The notes beneath the pieces are model-generated. The model was given only the letters and a program-made list of their open reading frames with translations. It searched no databases and was not told the DNA's origin. From IMG/VR virus record IMGVR_UViG_3300031943_000020: DNA of 64,000 nucleotides. One strand, given 5' to 3'. Of the stretch, positions 16,169-26,474 are shown in pieces; position 1 is the stretch's first letter; each line of letters begins with the position of its first letter. The position numbers and the translations under genes were made by a program. The DNA is from an uncultured virus (IMG/VR IMGVR_UViG_3300031943_000020). Lineage: Duplodnaviria > Heunggongvirae > Uroviricota > Caudoviricetes.

Positions 16169-18511
16169 ATGGCTGTGTGGATTGCCCAACGCCGCTTACG
16201 CCGCCTGCGCCCCCGCCGCCTCGTCTTTAGTGCCGTCGCTGGTCCAGTCGTCCGCTCTCTCAGTGCCACGCTCGCTGGTGCCAGTACGACCCCTACGAGT
16301 GCTAGACAACTTCTCCGCGACCTGACCAGTGCCCTCAGTGGCGCCAGCACAACTCCCACAGCGACCGCCCAACTTCCGACCTTCCGGAGTCTCACAGCAG
16401 CGCTTCCTGGCGCGACGGTAACGCCTTCTACGGCTAGTCTCCTCCTCCGTGCGCTTCCGGCCACCATCGCTGGCGTGAGTACGACCCCCGCCGCTGCCAG
16501 GACGATCCTCCGCAGCCTCAGCGCAGCCCTTGCGGGCAGTAGTGTCACGCCGAGCGCTGCGTCTACGCTCCTGCGCCAGCTCTCGCCCCAACTCACTGGC
16601 GTCAGTACCACGCCTGTGGCAGCGCGTACCCTCCTGCGCACGCTCGTAGCCGCACTGCCTGGGAGCGGGACGACTCCTACGGCTTCGACAACCATTCTTC
16701 GCACCCTCAGCCCTGTGCTTGCTGGGGCGAGTACGACGCCTGGCGTGACGATCCAGATGCCGAGTGTGCGGTCCCTCAGTGCGGCGCTTGCGGGCAGCAG
16801 TACGACCCCTGGAGCGGCGTGCACCCTCCTCCGCCAGGTACCAGCACAGCTCTCCGGGGTGAGTACTACGCCTGCCATTGCGGTCCAACTGAGCACGGCC
16901 AGACTGCTCACGGCAGCCGTCGTAGGGACGAGTACGACGCCTAGCGCAGCGGCCACCATGAGCACCCTGCGTCAGCTTGTCGCGGCGGTATCGAGTACAA
17001 CCGTGACGCCGGCGGCAGCCTCTAGCGTCCTGCATGGGCTCAGTGTCCAGGTCGCAGGCACCAGTACCACGCCGTCTGTGGCGATCCAGATGGCCGGGCT
17101 GCGGCAACTGACAGCCGCCGTGATAGGGACAACAACCACCCCTGCCGCAACGCGTACGGTCTTGCATGCGCTTCCGGCACAACTCCAGGGCACTACGAGT
17201 ACACCGAGTGCCGCCGCTACTGTCCTGCGGCCCTGCGTGGCGCAGATTACTGGCACGAGTACGACCCCAGCGAGTGCGATCCAGCAGCAGCGTGCCCTGC
17301 TCGCAGCGCTCCCTGGGGTTAGCGTCACGCCGGCAGCCGTCGGGACGATGGGGACTTTACGGTCACTGACGGCTGTGATCGCCAGTACCAGTACGACGCC
17401 GACCATCAGCCGTGTGCTGGCTCGCGTCCTATTGACCGCGGTCGCAGGGACTACGACGACGCCACCTGCCATTGTCTCTCTTGCGACGACTCGTCTTCTG
17501 AGCGCAACGCTTCTGGGCACGAGTCTCACGCCGGACAGTCAGCGGACCATACAGCGTGTGCTCACAGGCACGTTCCCTGGCACGACGACGACTCCGGCGA
17601 CAGCACGCCAACTCCAGCGTCTGGTGAGCGCCGTACTGGTGGGGACAACGACCACGCCATCTGCGGCGATCCAGATGGCGGGGCTGCATCAGTTTGTCGC
17701 GAACGTGAGCGGCGCTAGTACGACCCCGGCCATTAGTCGGACCGTTGACCATCGCCTCGCAGGATTGGTGCCCGGGGTGAGTACCACGCCTACGAGTAGT
17801 GTCCAGATGCTTAGGCGGTTTCAGGCTGCCCCTGCTGCCGTCAGTACGACTCCTACGGCTACGGTCATTGTGGGGACGCTTCGGGCCTTGCAAGCCACGG
17901 TCACAGGCGTCAGTCAGACACCGAGCAGTGGACGATCTCTCGCCCGGGCGCTGGTGAGTACGCTTACTGGCGTCAGTACGACCCCGAGTAGCCTGGCGAC
18001 AACGCTGCATCAGCTTACCGCGCTGCTGCCTGGCGCCACGACGACGCTTCCTGCGCAGGGCAGTATTATACGCCCGCTGACGAGCAATCTTGCCGGGACA
18101 AGTCTGACGCTCGATATTCCGTGGACACTCCAGCGCGGCTTGCATAGCGCGATCGCGGCCACGAGTAGTACGGATGCCAGTATCCTGGTGACTGAGCATC
18201 TCCTAGGCGCTGTCCTCGCAGGCAGCAGTCTTACGCCCCAGGCGTTGCTCATTCCTAACTCTGGGGAGTTTCAACTCCTGGCGTCACTGCTGGGGACCAG
18301 TACCACGAGTCTGGCGAACTTGCTGCTCCTCAGTATGCAGCGCGTCGGCACGGTCGGCCCTCCAGGGCGTGGCGCTCAGGTGGCGGCGCTCCGGCAGGCT
18401 GCTGTAGACGGGCCTACGGGCCGTGGAGTTCAGGTGGCAGCACGACGACAGGCAAAGGTTTCGGCGTCTTCTGCCACCGGGCGCGGCGTTTTGGTGAAAG
18501 CAGAGGAGTGA
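16169..18511 (+). CDS. Ala/Thr/Ser-rich repeat protein (RxLxAxLxGxSTTP units), putative fibre/whisker
   Basis: About 30 imperfect 21-25 aa repeats; Arg-rich N-terminus. Confidence 0.75.
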   Translation: MAVWIAQRRLRRLRPRRLVFSAVAGPVVRSLSATLAGASTTPTSARQLLRDLTSALSGASTTPTATAQLPTFRSLTAALPGATVTPSTASLLLRALPATIAGVSTTPAAARTILRSLSAALAGSSVTPSAASTLLRQLSPQLTGVSTTPVAARTLLRTLVAALPGSGTTPTASTTILRTLSPVLAGASTTPGVTIQMPSVRSLSAALAGSSTTPGAACTLLRQVPAQLSGVSTTPAIAVQLSTARLLTAAVVGTSTTPSAAATMSTLRQLVAAVSSTTVTPAAASSVLHGLSVQVAGTSTTPSVAIQMAGLRQLTAAVIGTTTTPAATRTVLHALPAQLQGTTSTPSAAATVLRPCVAQITGTSTTPASAIQQQRALLAALPGVSVTPAAVGTMGTLRSLTAVIASTSTTPTISRVLARVLLTAVAGTTTTPPAIVSLATTRLLSATLLGTSLTPDSQRTIQRVLTGTFPGTTTTPATARQLQRLVSAVLVGTTTTPSAAIQMAGLHQFVANVSGASTTPAISRTVDHRLAGLVPGVSTTPTSSVQMLRRFQAAPAAVSTTPTATVIVGTLRALQATVTGVSQTPSSGRSLARALVSTLTGVSTTPSSLATTLHQLTALLPGATTTLPAQGSIIRPLTSNLAGTSLTLDIPWTLQRGLHSAIAATSSTDASILVTEHLLGAVLAGSSLTPQALLIPNSGEFQLLASLLGTSTTSLANLLLLSMQRVGTVGPPGRGAQVAALRQAAVDGPTGRGVQVAARRQAKVSASSATGRGVLVKAEE

Positions 18512-18576
18512 ATCGGCAATACAGAAATACGTCCCAGGTTTATTTCTGACAATGACCATGCTTGAAAGGAGAAGCG

Positions 18577-19413
18577 ATGGGGTCTATCACGGACGTGTTG
18601 GAAAATGCCCTCCTTAACCATGTGGCGAACACAGCGTATACAGCAGCAACCTCGCTCTTCGTGGCCCTGTGTACCGCTGATCCGACCGATACCGCCACCA
18701 CCCTCGCCGGCATTGAAGTGACCAATGCCAATGCGTATGCGCGCACAGCCATTACGTTTAGTGCGGCAGCGTCGCGCCAGGTGATCCAGAGCGGCGCCGT
18801 GACGTTCCCCCAGGCGAGCGGTACCTGGGGCACCATTACTCACTGGGCGATTGTGACCTCGGGTACGTATGGTGCGGGAACGTGTCTGGCGCATGGGTCC
18901 TTTACGGGCAGTTTTGCCCCGGTCAATGGCAATACGCCGACGATTCCCACGACGGAGATTAAAGTGCAGTTTAACGCCAGTAGCGGGGCAGGCTTTACTG
19001 ACTATTGCGTCCACAGCTGGCTCAACCTGGCGTTTCGGAACGTGGCGTTTAGCAAGCCAGCGACGTATGTGGCGCTCACGACAGGGACCATTGCGGATGC
19101 GACGCTGATTGCTGCCGCGTCTGAGGTAGCGAATGCGAATGCCTACGCGCGTGTGCTGGTCAATATTGCGGGCGGCTCCGTGCCGAAGTGGACCACCGCG
19201 ACGACAGGGACGTTAGAGAATGCGGACGCTATTACCTTTCCCACGCCATCGGGGAGTTGGGGTCTGGTGACGGGCATGTTCCTTGTGGATAGTGCAACAT
19301 TGGGGGCGGGGAACATTCTGGGGTTTGACATGAGCAGTGTCACGGATCAGACCCCCCAGTCTGGAGACACCGTGCAATTTGCCGCGACCGCGCTTGACCT
19401 GACGCTTAGCTAG
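18577..19413 (+). CDS. Phage structural protein with tandemly duplicated domain
   Basis: Two copies of YVAL.T..EV.NA.AYAR...ITFP..SG.WG. Confidence 0.75.
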   Translation: MGSITDVLENALLNHVANTAYTAATSLFVALCTADPTDTATTLAGIEVTNANAYARTAITFSAAASRQVIQSGAVTFPQASGTWGTITHWAIVTSGTYGAGTCLAHGSFTGSFAPVNGNTPTIPTTEIKVQFNASSGAGFTDYCVHSWLNLAFRNVAFSKPATYVALTTGTIADATLIAAASEVANANAYARVLVNIAGGSVPKWTTATTGTLENADAITFPTPSGSWGLVTGMFLVDSATLGAGNILGFDMSSVTDQTPQSGDTVQFAATALDLTLS

Positions 19414-19428
19414 GGGGAGAATAGTCCT

Positions 19429-19698
19429 ATGCTCGCGAGCTTTATCAAAGACCCTGCGGCGGTCCTGGACTATACTATTGACTGGTCCCCCTGGCTGGCC
19501 GACGATGCCATCGTCACGTCTACCTGGACGGTCGAGGGCGATGTCGAATTGAGCGATGACGTGGTCTATACCAGCATTACGCAGGTGTGGGCGAGTGGCG
19601 GGACCGAGGGCACCCTGGCGGACCTGACCAACCACGTGGTGACGGAAGAGGGCCGGGAGGATGAGCGTACCATACGGCTGATTCTGCGGCAGCAGTAA
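19429..19698 (+). CDS. Putative fibre-attachment adaptor protein
   Basis: FIKDPAAVLDYTIDWSPWL..SGGT.G....TNHVVT..GREDERT. Confidence 0.7.
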   Translation: MLASFIKDPAAVLDYTIDWSPWLADDAIVTSTWTVEGDVELSDDVVYTSITQVWASGGTEGTLADLTNHVVTEEGREDERTIRLILRQQ

Positions 19699-19905
19699 GA
19701 GAGCGTGGAGCATGGCCATCGCCTTTGGCCCCATGATTACCTGCGTCCTGCCTCCCTCAGACATGGCGCTTCCGGTCGGAACCATTGTGGACATTGTCTA
19801 CCCTGGTGGGGCGACCTGGCATGCTCGCGTGCGCAAGGAACTCAAACCCATGAAGGACGGGCGGCGGCGTATCACAGTAGTCTTGTTGCCGCAGAAGGGG
19901 CTGGC

Positions 19906-20169
19906 ATGGCCGATACGGGACGAAGAAGGCTGGATGCGTACGGGCGGCCCCTCCCAAGACTTATTGACGCCTCGACGCGCGAGCGAGGCGGGGCCATCAA
20001 CCGACGCCAGCAGGAGTTGATTGAGCGGCTCCTCCAGGAAGAGTATGATGCGCTCCTGGTGCAAGGGAGTTATGCCGAGGTCACGCTCTCGTTTGTGGTC
20101 AAAGACGGGTGTATTGCGACGGATGTGTATGTGATGCGCTGTCGGCAACGACGCACGGAGGAGGAGTAA
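19906..20169 (+). CDS. Hypothetical protein
   Basis: ORF ends at the RBS of the tail terminator gene; overlaps alternative ORF 19712-20020. Confidence 0.45.
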   Translation: MADTGRRRLDAYGRPLPRLIDASTRERGGAINRRQQELIERLLQEEYDALLVQGSYAEVTLSFVVKDGCIATDVYVMRCRQRRTEEE

Positions 20170-20174
20170 CCTGT

Positions 20175-20582
20175 ATGGTACTCGACGAGATCGGGGCGTT
20201 CCTCGAAGCCGAAGGCGTTGGCATTATCGGTCAGACGCTCTTTCTGGGCTCCATGCCTCAGGATGAGCCAGGTGCGGGCAGCCAGGATGCGGTGATGGCC
20301 GTCATTGAGATACCCGGACAGGGTCCGCGCAAAGCCCATGACCAGACACTCTATGAGCTGCCCTATCTTCAGATTGCAACGCGTGGGTCCCCGTATGGCT
20401 ATCAGGCGGCACGGCAGAAGGCTCAGGACGCATGGGACGCGCTAGATGGGGTTGCTAATATGGCGCTTAGTGGCACAACGTATCTGCTGATAGAGGCGTT
20501 ACAGTCTCCATATTTTTTACGCAGTGACGACATGTCACGTCCGCACATTATCTTCAATTGCCGTTGCACGAGGGCACTGTAG
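20175..20582 (+). CDS. Tail terminator / minor capsid-family protein
   Basis: LFLGSMP..PYLQIATRG..Y..ARQKA..ALQSPYFL..D...R.HIIFN. Confidence 0.8.
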   Translation: MVLDEIGAFLEAEGVGIIGQTLFLGSMPQDEPGAGSQDAVMAVIEIPGQGPRKAHDQTLYELPYLQIATRGSPYGYQAARQKAQDAWDALDGVANMALSGTTYLLIEALQSPYFLRSDDMSRPHIIFNCRCTRAL

Positions 20583-20749
20583 AAATCTTTCTTGCATCTC
20601 TTTGTTGACTCGCGTACCTTCTACGAAACTTTTCTTTCGGTATCCCATCTGCACCCTGCATGACGAGTGGCGGGCAGCAGCGAGTGAACCGAGGACCAGG
20701 GGCCATTCCCCTGCCTGACCTCGGTTTAGCTTGTTGTGGAGCTTCCGTC

Positions 20750-21007
20750 ATGCCCGAGCCCCTCTACACTACCGATAGCTGGAACGGCATCCCTCATTAC
20801 GTCTGTAATGCCTGCGGCTACGATACGCTTCAGCTTGCCCGTATCACCGACCATTGCGGAAGTTGCCCGGCGGTTGCGGCGCTTGAGCCTTCCCTCGCTC
20901 AGGCTGAAGCGTCCCTATCTTCCCCGCCGGGCAGCACGCCTGCGCCACCAGATCCCCCACCCACGGATCCGCCCCAGTCTCTGCCGGTCGAGGAGGTGCC
21001 CTCATGA
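20750..21007 (+). CDS. Small Cys-containing, Pro-rich hypothetical protein
   Basis: CxxC..HCxxC; ATGA overlap with the tube gene. Confidence 0.5.
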   Translation: MPEPLYTTDSWNGIPHYVCNACGYDTLQLARITDHCGSCPAVAALEPSLAQAEASLSSPPGSTPAPPDPPPTDPPQSLPVEEVPS

Positions 21008-21675
21008 GTACCCAGGCGTATTCGGCCTATGGCACTCAGGTTCGCGTTGGTGACGGCATCCCGCTTGCCGTGTTGACCATCAATGCTGCGACCAACACGG
21101 CGCCCATTCTCGTCACCACTACAGCGGCCCATGGCGTGATTGACGTGTCCTACGCCACGATCGCGGGCGTTGTCGGGAATGCGGGTGCGAATGGCTCCTG
21201 GGTCGTCGAGGCGGTCACGACGACGCAACTGCGGCTGCGGAACTCCGTGGGCAATGGGACATACACGAGCGGGGGGACTCTGACGAAGGTCAGTACGTTT
21301 GCCTCGATTGCCGAACTCACGAACGTGCAGGATGCGGGCAGTCGGACGGATGTGATTGATGTCTCGGCGCACGATGGCTCCGGCTATTCCAGTGAAATTG
21401 CCACGCTCAAGCGCACGAATACGATGCGCCTGAGCGTCAATCTGGCGCCTGATCATCCCACGCATGACGAAGTGACCGGGTTACTCAGTCTCTACAACAG
21501 TGGCGCGCGCCGGGATTGGCTCCTCGTCCTGCCGCCCTACCCTGGCACGGGGAGGAAGGCGACAGGACATCTCTACGGGGCCGTGACGTACTACACGATG
21601 CCGCTGCCTGTAGCTGGTGCCGTGACGGCTGAGATGGAACTGAGCTTTGATGGTGCGTTTAGCTGGACATCCTAG
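21004..21675 (+). CDS. Tail tube protein paralog 1 with inserted beta domain
   Basis: AYGT...IAELTNVQDAGSRTDVIDVSAHDGSGYSSEIATLKR; about 80 aa insertion near the N-terminus. Confidence 0.8.
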   Translation: MSTQAYSAYGTQVRVGDGIPLAVLTINAATNTAPILVTTTAAHGVIDVSYATIAGVVGNAGANGSWVVEAVTTTQLRLRNSVGNGTYTSGGTLTKVSTFASIAELTNVQDAGSRTDVIDVSAHDGSGYSSEIATLKRTNTMRLSVNLAPDHPTHDEVTGLLSLYNSGARRDWLLVLPPYPGTGRKATGHLYGAVTYYTMPLPVAGAVTAEMELSFDGAFSWTS

Positions 21676-21688
21676 AAAGGACTAGTTT

Positions 21689-22093
21689 ATGGCCACCCTT
21701 GCCAGGTCTGCGTATGGGACAACATTTCGTATCGGTAGCAACGTCATACCTGAACTTATCAATCTCGATGGCTTGGGCAGTAGAACAGACCTCGTGGACG
21801 TGTCAGCACACGATGGTTCGGGCTATTCGAGTGAGATAGCAACGATTAAGCGTAACAACCCCATAACGGCCACAATGAACTATGTCCCAGGTAATACTAT
21901 TCAAAATAGTCTAAAGGCCCAGTATGACGCCGGCACGTCAACTTCGTACAGTGTGACCCTTCCCGGCACGCCGGCCGCCGTCTGGACCTTTAACGCCATC
22001 GTCTCCCAGTGGCAGTTGAATCCGTTGCCGGTGAATTCTGTCCCCCAACTCGCGGTCATCTTTAATCCTGATGGGCCTATTGTGATTAGCTAG
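21689..22093 (+). CDS. Tail tube protein paralog 2 (minimal)
   Basis: AYGT..IPELINLDGLGSRTDLVDVSAHDGSGYSSEIATIKR. Confidence 0.8.
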   Translation: MATLARSAYGTTFRIGSNVIPELINLDGLGSRTDLVDVSAHDGSGYSSEIATIKRNNPITATMNYVPGNTIQNSLKAQYDAGTSTSYSVTLPGTPAAVWTFNAIVSQWQLNPLPVNSVPQLAVIFNPDGPIVIS

Positions 22094-22101
22094 GTCGTCC
22101 T

Positions 22102-22452
22102 ATGCTCGATATTCACTGGACCTTGACCGTGTCCGTTCCGCAACTCGACGCTCTCCAGCAGACGTTGCTGGAGCTAGGAGTCAACATCGTGGCAGAGATC
22201 GCGGGCATCCAGAATGCCATTAACAGTCTCGTGACCAATCAGGCCGCTGGCCAGGATGCGCTCTCCGCCCATCTCACGGCCATCGAGACGGAAATTCGGC
22301 AGCTAGGAGATAACCCTACGCAGGCCCAACTCGATCACCTCGCGGACCAGGTGAACGCCGCTGCCGCCACTGCGGCCAAGGGCGCCGAGGATCTGCGGGC
22401 GATGACCGAGCAAGTCGCAGGCATGGTCCCTGACGCGCCACCCCCAGCATAG
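22102..22452 (+). CDS. Hypothetical coiled-coil protein
   Basis: Heptad-like; operon order. Confidence 0.55.
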   Translation: MLDIHWTLTVSVPQLDALQQTLLELGVNIVAEIAGIQNAINSLVTNQAAGQDALSAHLTAIETEIRQLGDNPTQAQLDHLADQVNAAAATAAKGAEDLRAMTEQVAGMVPDAPPPA

Positions 22453-22464
22453 GTAGAAACACGT

Positions 22465-22920
22465 ATGGCTGACCCGCGTGTCATACCACTCGTGGACATT
22501 GTCTTGGACAAACCACGGCATTTATTGTTCGACCGTTTAGCCGTCAAGTTCATTGAACTGGAGCTGACCAGGATCTGGGGCCGGGAATATACGTTTTATC
22601 AAGCACTCCGGCTCTGTGCCGAAATGCTCCAGAACGATGATTTGAGCAAGCTCAGTCTGATTAATATCACCGTCATGCTCTGGGCAGGCTGTCTGCACGA
22701 AGACCCCACGCTGACGCAAGCCACGATTGAAGAGGCGCTCCCGTACGCCGATCCATCGCTGCTCATCCCGTACGTTGGCCCCATTCTGCAAGCGTGGCAA
22801 GCCGCGAGCCCGACAGCGCCGCCGGTGCAGGAAATGAATGGCGAGGTCGTCGATGAGAACCCTTTGGACGCATCGCCTGGGAGCAGCTCTGGAGTTTTGA
22901 GCGGCAGTGCCTTGGCCTGA
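22465..22920 (+). CDS. Tail assembly chaperone (gpG-like)
   Basis: LDKPRHL.F..MLWAGCLHEDPTLT; lies before tape measure. Confidence 0.8.
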   Translation: MADPRVIPLVDIVLDKPRHLLFDRLAVKFIELELTRIWGREYTFYQALRLCAEMLQNDDLSKLSLINITVMLWAGCLHEDPTLTQATIEEALPYADPSLLIPYVGPILQAWQAASPTAPPVQEMNGEVVDENPLDASPGSSSGVLSGSALA

Positions 22921-23207
22921 GTGAAGCGGAGTTCTGGCGACTCACCTTTCGCGAGGGCTGGCTCCTCGCGCAACAGTACTGGCGGGCACAGGCGAGACGC
23001 GACCGGGCGACAGCCCTAGTGGCGCAGATTCTCTTGAACGTGAACCGGGCTGAACATACGAGCCCGATGAGTCTGGAAGATGTGATGCAGGCCCTAGGCC
23101 ATCCTGACGAGACGCCGCCTCCACCGCCGGTCACGGTGGAGCAACTGCATGACCGCTTTGCGTTACTCGCTGACGTGTTTCGCGGGAATGGGACGATGGA
23201 TGGATGA
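22860..23207 (+). CDS. -1 frameshift extension of the tail chaperone (gpGT-like)
   Basis: In-frame slippery heptamer C CCT TTG at 22860-22866; the -1 frame is open and reads ...LGLSEAEFWRLTFRE...AQILLNVNR. Confidence 0.8.
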   Translation, partial: PFGRIAWEQLWSFERQCLGLSEAEFWRLTFREGWLLAQQYWRAQARRDRATALVAQILLNVNRAEHTSPMSLEDVMQALGHPDETPPPPPVTVEQLHDRFALLADVFRGNGTMDG

Positions 23208-23219
23208 GGAGTAGCACTT

Positions 23220-26200
23220 GTGAGTGAGATCCTGGCCGGAGACGTTGTTGCGAGGTTGCGCGCGGACGTAAGCCAGTTTAACCAGGCCATTGCGGACGTG
23301 CTCCAGCGCCTCAATCAACTGAGCCAGGCAACGACCCAGTTTCGCGCCACCCAGACCCAGTCGCAGTCAGCCATCACCAACCTCAGCGCCGCGATGCTAG
23401 CGCTCCAGCAGGCCATTACCCGCCTGACGCAGGCGCAGACTCAGTCCACCACGCAACAAACGCAGGGCCAGCAGAGTAGCCGACAACTGGCAGCGGCCTA
23501 CCTTGCGCTGGCGCAGTCCATTGCCCAACAGACCCAAGCCTATAGCCAGATGACGCAAGCCGTTACGCAAGCCACGCAAGCCATTACCCAATCCACGTCG
23601 TCCCTGCGGACGCAACAGACCGTGCTTCAGCAAACAACGCAGGCGACGGGTGCAGCGTCCAGCGGCTTGAAAGCCATGCTGACCATCGCCGGGGGCATCG
23701 GGGTTGCGACCGGCATTGGGGCCATTGCGGGGCAACTCAAAGACCTGGCGGTCCAGACCGTACAGGTCGGCGCGCGCATGGAAAGCTTGCGGTCCTCCCT
23801 CTCTGCTCTGGGGGGTAGCGCGGCCATTGGGGCGGCGCAATTCCAGACGCTCTTTAACACCGCCCAATCACTCGGCGTTGCCTTTGAGCCCCTTGCTCGC
23901 AGCTTTGTGAAGCTGACTGCGGCCGCGACCCAGGCAGGGCTCCCCCTGGCCGACCAACTCCGTTTGCTCACCGCGACCACGGCGGAAGCTCGTCGTACGG
24001 GGGCCTCCTCTGAGGAACTCGGGCGGGGGATTACGGCTCTTGCCCAGATGGCGAGTAAGGGCAAAGTCTCGATGGAGGACCTGCGCCAGCAATTTGGCGA
24101 GGCGCTCCCGACGGGGATGGCGGCCGCTGCGAAGGGTATGGGCATTACGACCGAGGCCCTGAATAAGCTGGTCGCGAGTGGCACGCAGGATTATGCCCCC
24201 CTTGTGAAGGCGATCACGCGTGGCTTTGAGGAGATGCAGGCCTCGGGTGGCAAGTTTGTCGATGGTACCCAGCAAGCCTTTAACCGCCTGAAGAATGCCT
24301 GGACCGAACTCCAGGACACCATCATGAAGGGTGGACTGGGTGACTATATTGTCAAAGTGGCAAACAATATTCGCGAGGCGGTGGAATGGACGAACAAGAC
24401 GCTGAAGGCCCGGGAGGAGGCACGGGCGGGTCCCCAGGGGCCAACGCCTGAAGGCTTAGCAGGAGCCGACCAGGAGCAGGCCAAAGAAATTACGCGACTA
24501 CAACGGCTGATTGCGCTGTATGAGCGCGAGAAGGCCGCCGGGACGACGATTACGCCCGGCATGCAGACCGTGGTCGATCAAGCGAGGGACCGACTGGAGG
24601 AGATCCGCAAGGCCATCCTTGAGAATACCAATGCGACGGCCGATCAGGGCAAAGCGCAAGAAAAGGTCACGCAGGAAACCAACAAGACCAAGGCTGCCCA
24701 GGAACAGCAGGAAGAGAACTTGAAGAGCCTGCGTGCGGCCCTCGATGCCATCCACAAAGAAGATGAAGCCTTCCGTGCAAAAGCGGCTCTTGCCCCCAAT
24801 GTGTACGGGGACCCCAAGGGCACCACCGACCAGCAAATGACCTTTGCCAAGGCCCGACAGCAAGAGCTTGAAGCCTCTGTCAAAAAGGCGGCGGAACTCG
24901 TTCAAGCCTTTCCAGCCACGACGGTTGTTCCTCCCGGCATGCGGAAAGAGTTGGCCGATCTCGATATCCAAGTACGCAAGTATGGCGAGACCCAGGATGC
25001 CCTCAGAGAGAAAGAACAAGCGCTTGCGAAAGCTGAGCGCGAGAAAGAGGCGGCCATCAAACGTGCCGCGGCAGCACGGGAGGCTGAAGCCAAAGCCGCC
25101 GTTACCCAAGCCATTGAACTCGACTCCACCCTTGAACGCCTGCGAGGCATGACCCGTCGTCCTGATGAGAACAAAGCGGAAGAAGCCGCCACGCGGGTGC
25201 GCACACAGTATGCTGGCGCTGTGGCGGAAGTTGAGAAGTGGATCGTGGCACTGGAGCGCTCTAAGGCCCTTCAGGCGGCCCGCCCTGAAGCCCTGGAACA
25301 GTTTAAGGCGCTGCGTGATGCCCTGCGTGAGGCGGGGGAAGCCCAGGCCAAGCTCGCCTCTGAGGAGGTGCTCAAGCAGCAGATGGCGCCGCTGCAAGAG
25401 CTTGCGGTCAAATACGGAGCGGTGACCGCGGAGATTATCAGCCAGAGCGCGCATGTCCAGGAGTTGGCCAGCACGTACAACCTCGCCGCCCAACAAGTGC
25501 GGGACCTGGCGAAGGCGGAAGAACTCGCCGCCCAGTTCAAAGGGACGCCGCTGGAGGATGCCGCGGAGCAAAAGCGCGTCGCAGTGGAGACCGGCGTCAT
25601 CTATCAGGCAGAAATCGAGCTGCTCAAGGAACGCTTTACGGCTTTGAAACAGAACGCCGACGCCATGCGGACGGCCGAAGACGCCCAGGCGGCGTTTACC
25701 CAGCGGATCAAGGATAACCTGGAGCAACTCCAGACCCCGCGTGAGGAACGGGCAGAAGCCCGGTTGCGGGCGCAGGCCCGCCGCCAACACGTCGCCTTGA
25801 CGCCAGAAAATGAGGCGCTCCTCCAACAGATTACGGCGCAGGAGCGCTGGAATGACATCATGGGGGTGACGGAGCAGATCGGGGATCGGGCTGCCCAAAG
25901 CATTACGGATGGTCTCTTGAGCATCATTGACGGCACGAAGAGCGTCAGTGAAGCCTTCAAGCTGATGGCGAAGAACATTCTCGATTCCATTGCCCAGATT
26001 GTCATGCACGAGACCTTTAAACGGCTGATTAGCCTCGGGATAGGGCTCCTGGGCAGCGCCTTCGCCCCGACCATAGCGCCTGAAGGCGGGAGCAGTGCGG
26101 GGGGCGGCGGCTTTGAACTGCTTTTCGGTGGGACCGCGAGCAGTGGGATGCGCGCCCAGGGCGGTGCGATCGTCAACCGCCCGACGACCATCCTGGCGGG

Positions 26201-26474
26201 CGAGAATCCCTCCATGAATCCCGAGTACGTGGTCAATAGTCCCCAGATGAAAGCCTTGATGGGCGCAGCGATGCGGGCTGGGCCGAGCGCTGGAGGACAG
26301 GCTGCCGGTGGCGATGTGGCGGTCATCCTGGTCGATAACCGGGGCCAGGCTGAACGCGAGGCGGCAGCGCAACGTGGCATGGGGCGTCAGGTCATCATCC
26401 AAGAAGTGGTGCGGGACCTCAGCCAAGGGTCGGGCTCGACGATTGGGCGCATGATCCGCGCGGGAGGGCATTAG
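23220..26474 (+). CDS. Tape measure protein
   Basis: 1084 aa, Ala/Gln-rich helical; ALAQMASKGKVSMEDLRQQFGEALP tape-measure domain; AQGGAIVNRPT..AGE..PEYVV. Confidence 0.95.
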   Translation: MSEILAGDVVARLRADVSQFNQAIADVLQRLNQLSQATTQFRATQTQSQSAITNLSAAMLALQQAITRLTQAQTQSTTQQTQGQQSSRQLAAAYLALAQSIAQQTQAYSQMTQAVTQATQAITQSTSSLRTQQTVLQQTTQATGAASSGLKAMLTIAGGIGVATGIGAIAGQLKDLAVQTVQVGARMESLRSSLSALGGSAAIGAAQFQTLFNTAQSLGVAFEPLARSFVKLTAAATQAGLPLADQLRLLTATTAEARRTGASSEELGRGITALAQMASKGKVSMEDLRQQFGEALPTGMAAAAKGMGITTEALNKLVASGTQDYAPLVKAITRGFEEMQASGGKFVDGTQQAFNRLKNAWTELQDTIMKGGLGDYIVKVANNIREAVEWTNKTLKAREEARAGPQGPTPEGLAGADQEQAKEITRLQRLIALYEREKAAGTTITPGMQTVVDQARDRLEEIRKAILENTNATADQGKAQEKVTQETNKTKAAQEQQEENLKSLRAALDAIHKEDEAFRAKAALAPNVYGDPKGTTDQQMTFAKARQQELEASVKKAAELVQAFPATTVVPPGMRKELADLDIQVRKYGETQDALREKEQALAKAEREKEAAIKRAAAAREAEAKAAVTQAIELDSTLERLRGMTRRPDENKAEEAATRVRTQYAGAVAEVEKWIVALERSKALQAARPEALEQFKALRDALREAGEAQAKLASEEVLKQQMAPLQELAVKYGAVTAEIISQSAHVQELASTYNLAAQQVRDLAKAEELAAQFKGTPLEDAAEQKRVAVETGVIYQAEIELLKERFTALKQNADAMRTAEDAQAAFTQRIKDNLEQLQTPREERAEARLRAQARRQHVALTPENEALLQQITAQERWNDIMGVTEQIGDRAAQSITDGLLSIIDGTKSVSEAFKLMAKNILDSIAQIVMHETFKRLISLGIGLLGSAFAPTIAPEGGSSAGGGGFELLFGGTASSGMRAQGGAIVNRPTTILAGENPSMNPEYVVNSPQMKALMGAAMRAGPSAGGQAAGGDVAVILVDNRGQAEREAAAQRGMGRQVIIQEVVRDLSQGSGSTIGRMIRAGGH

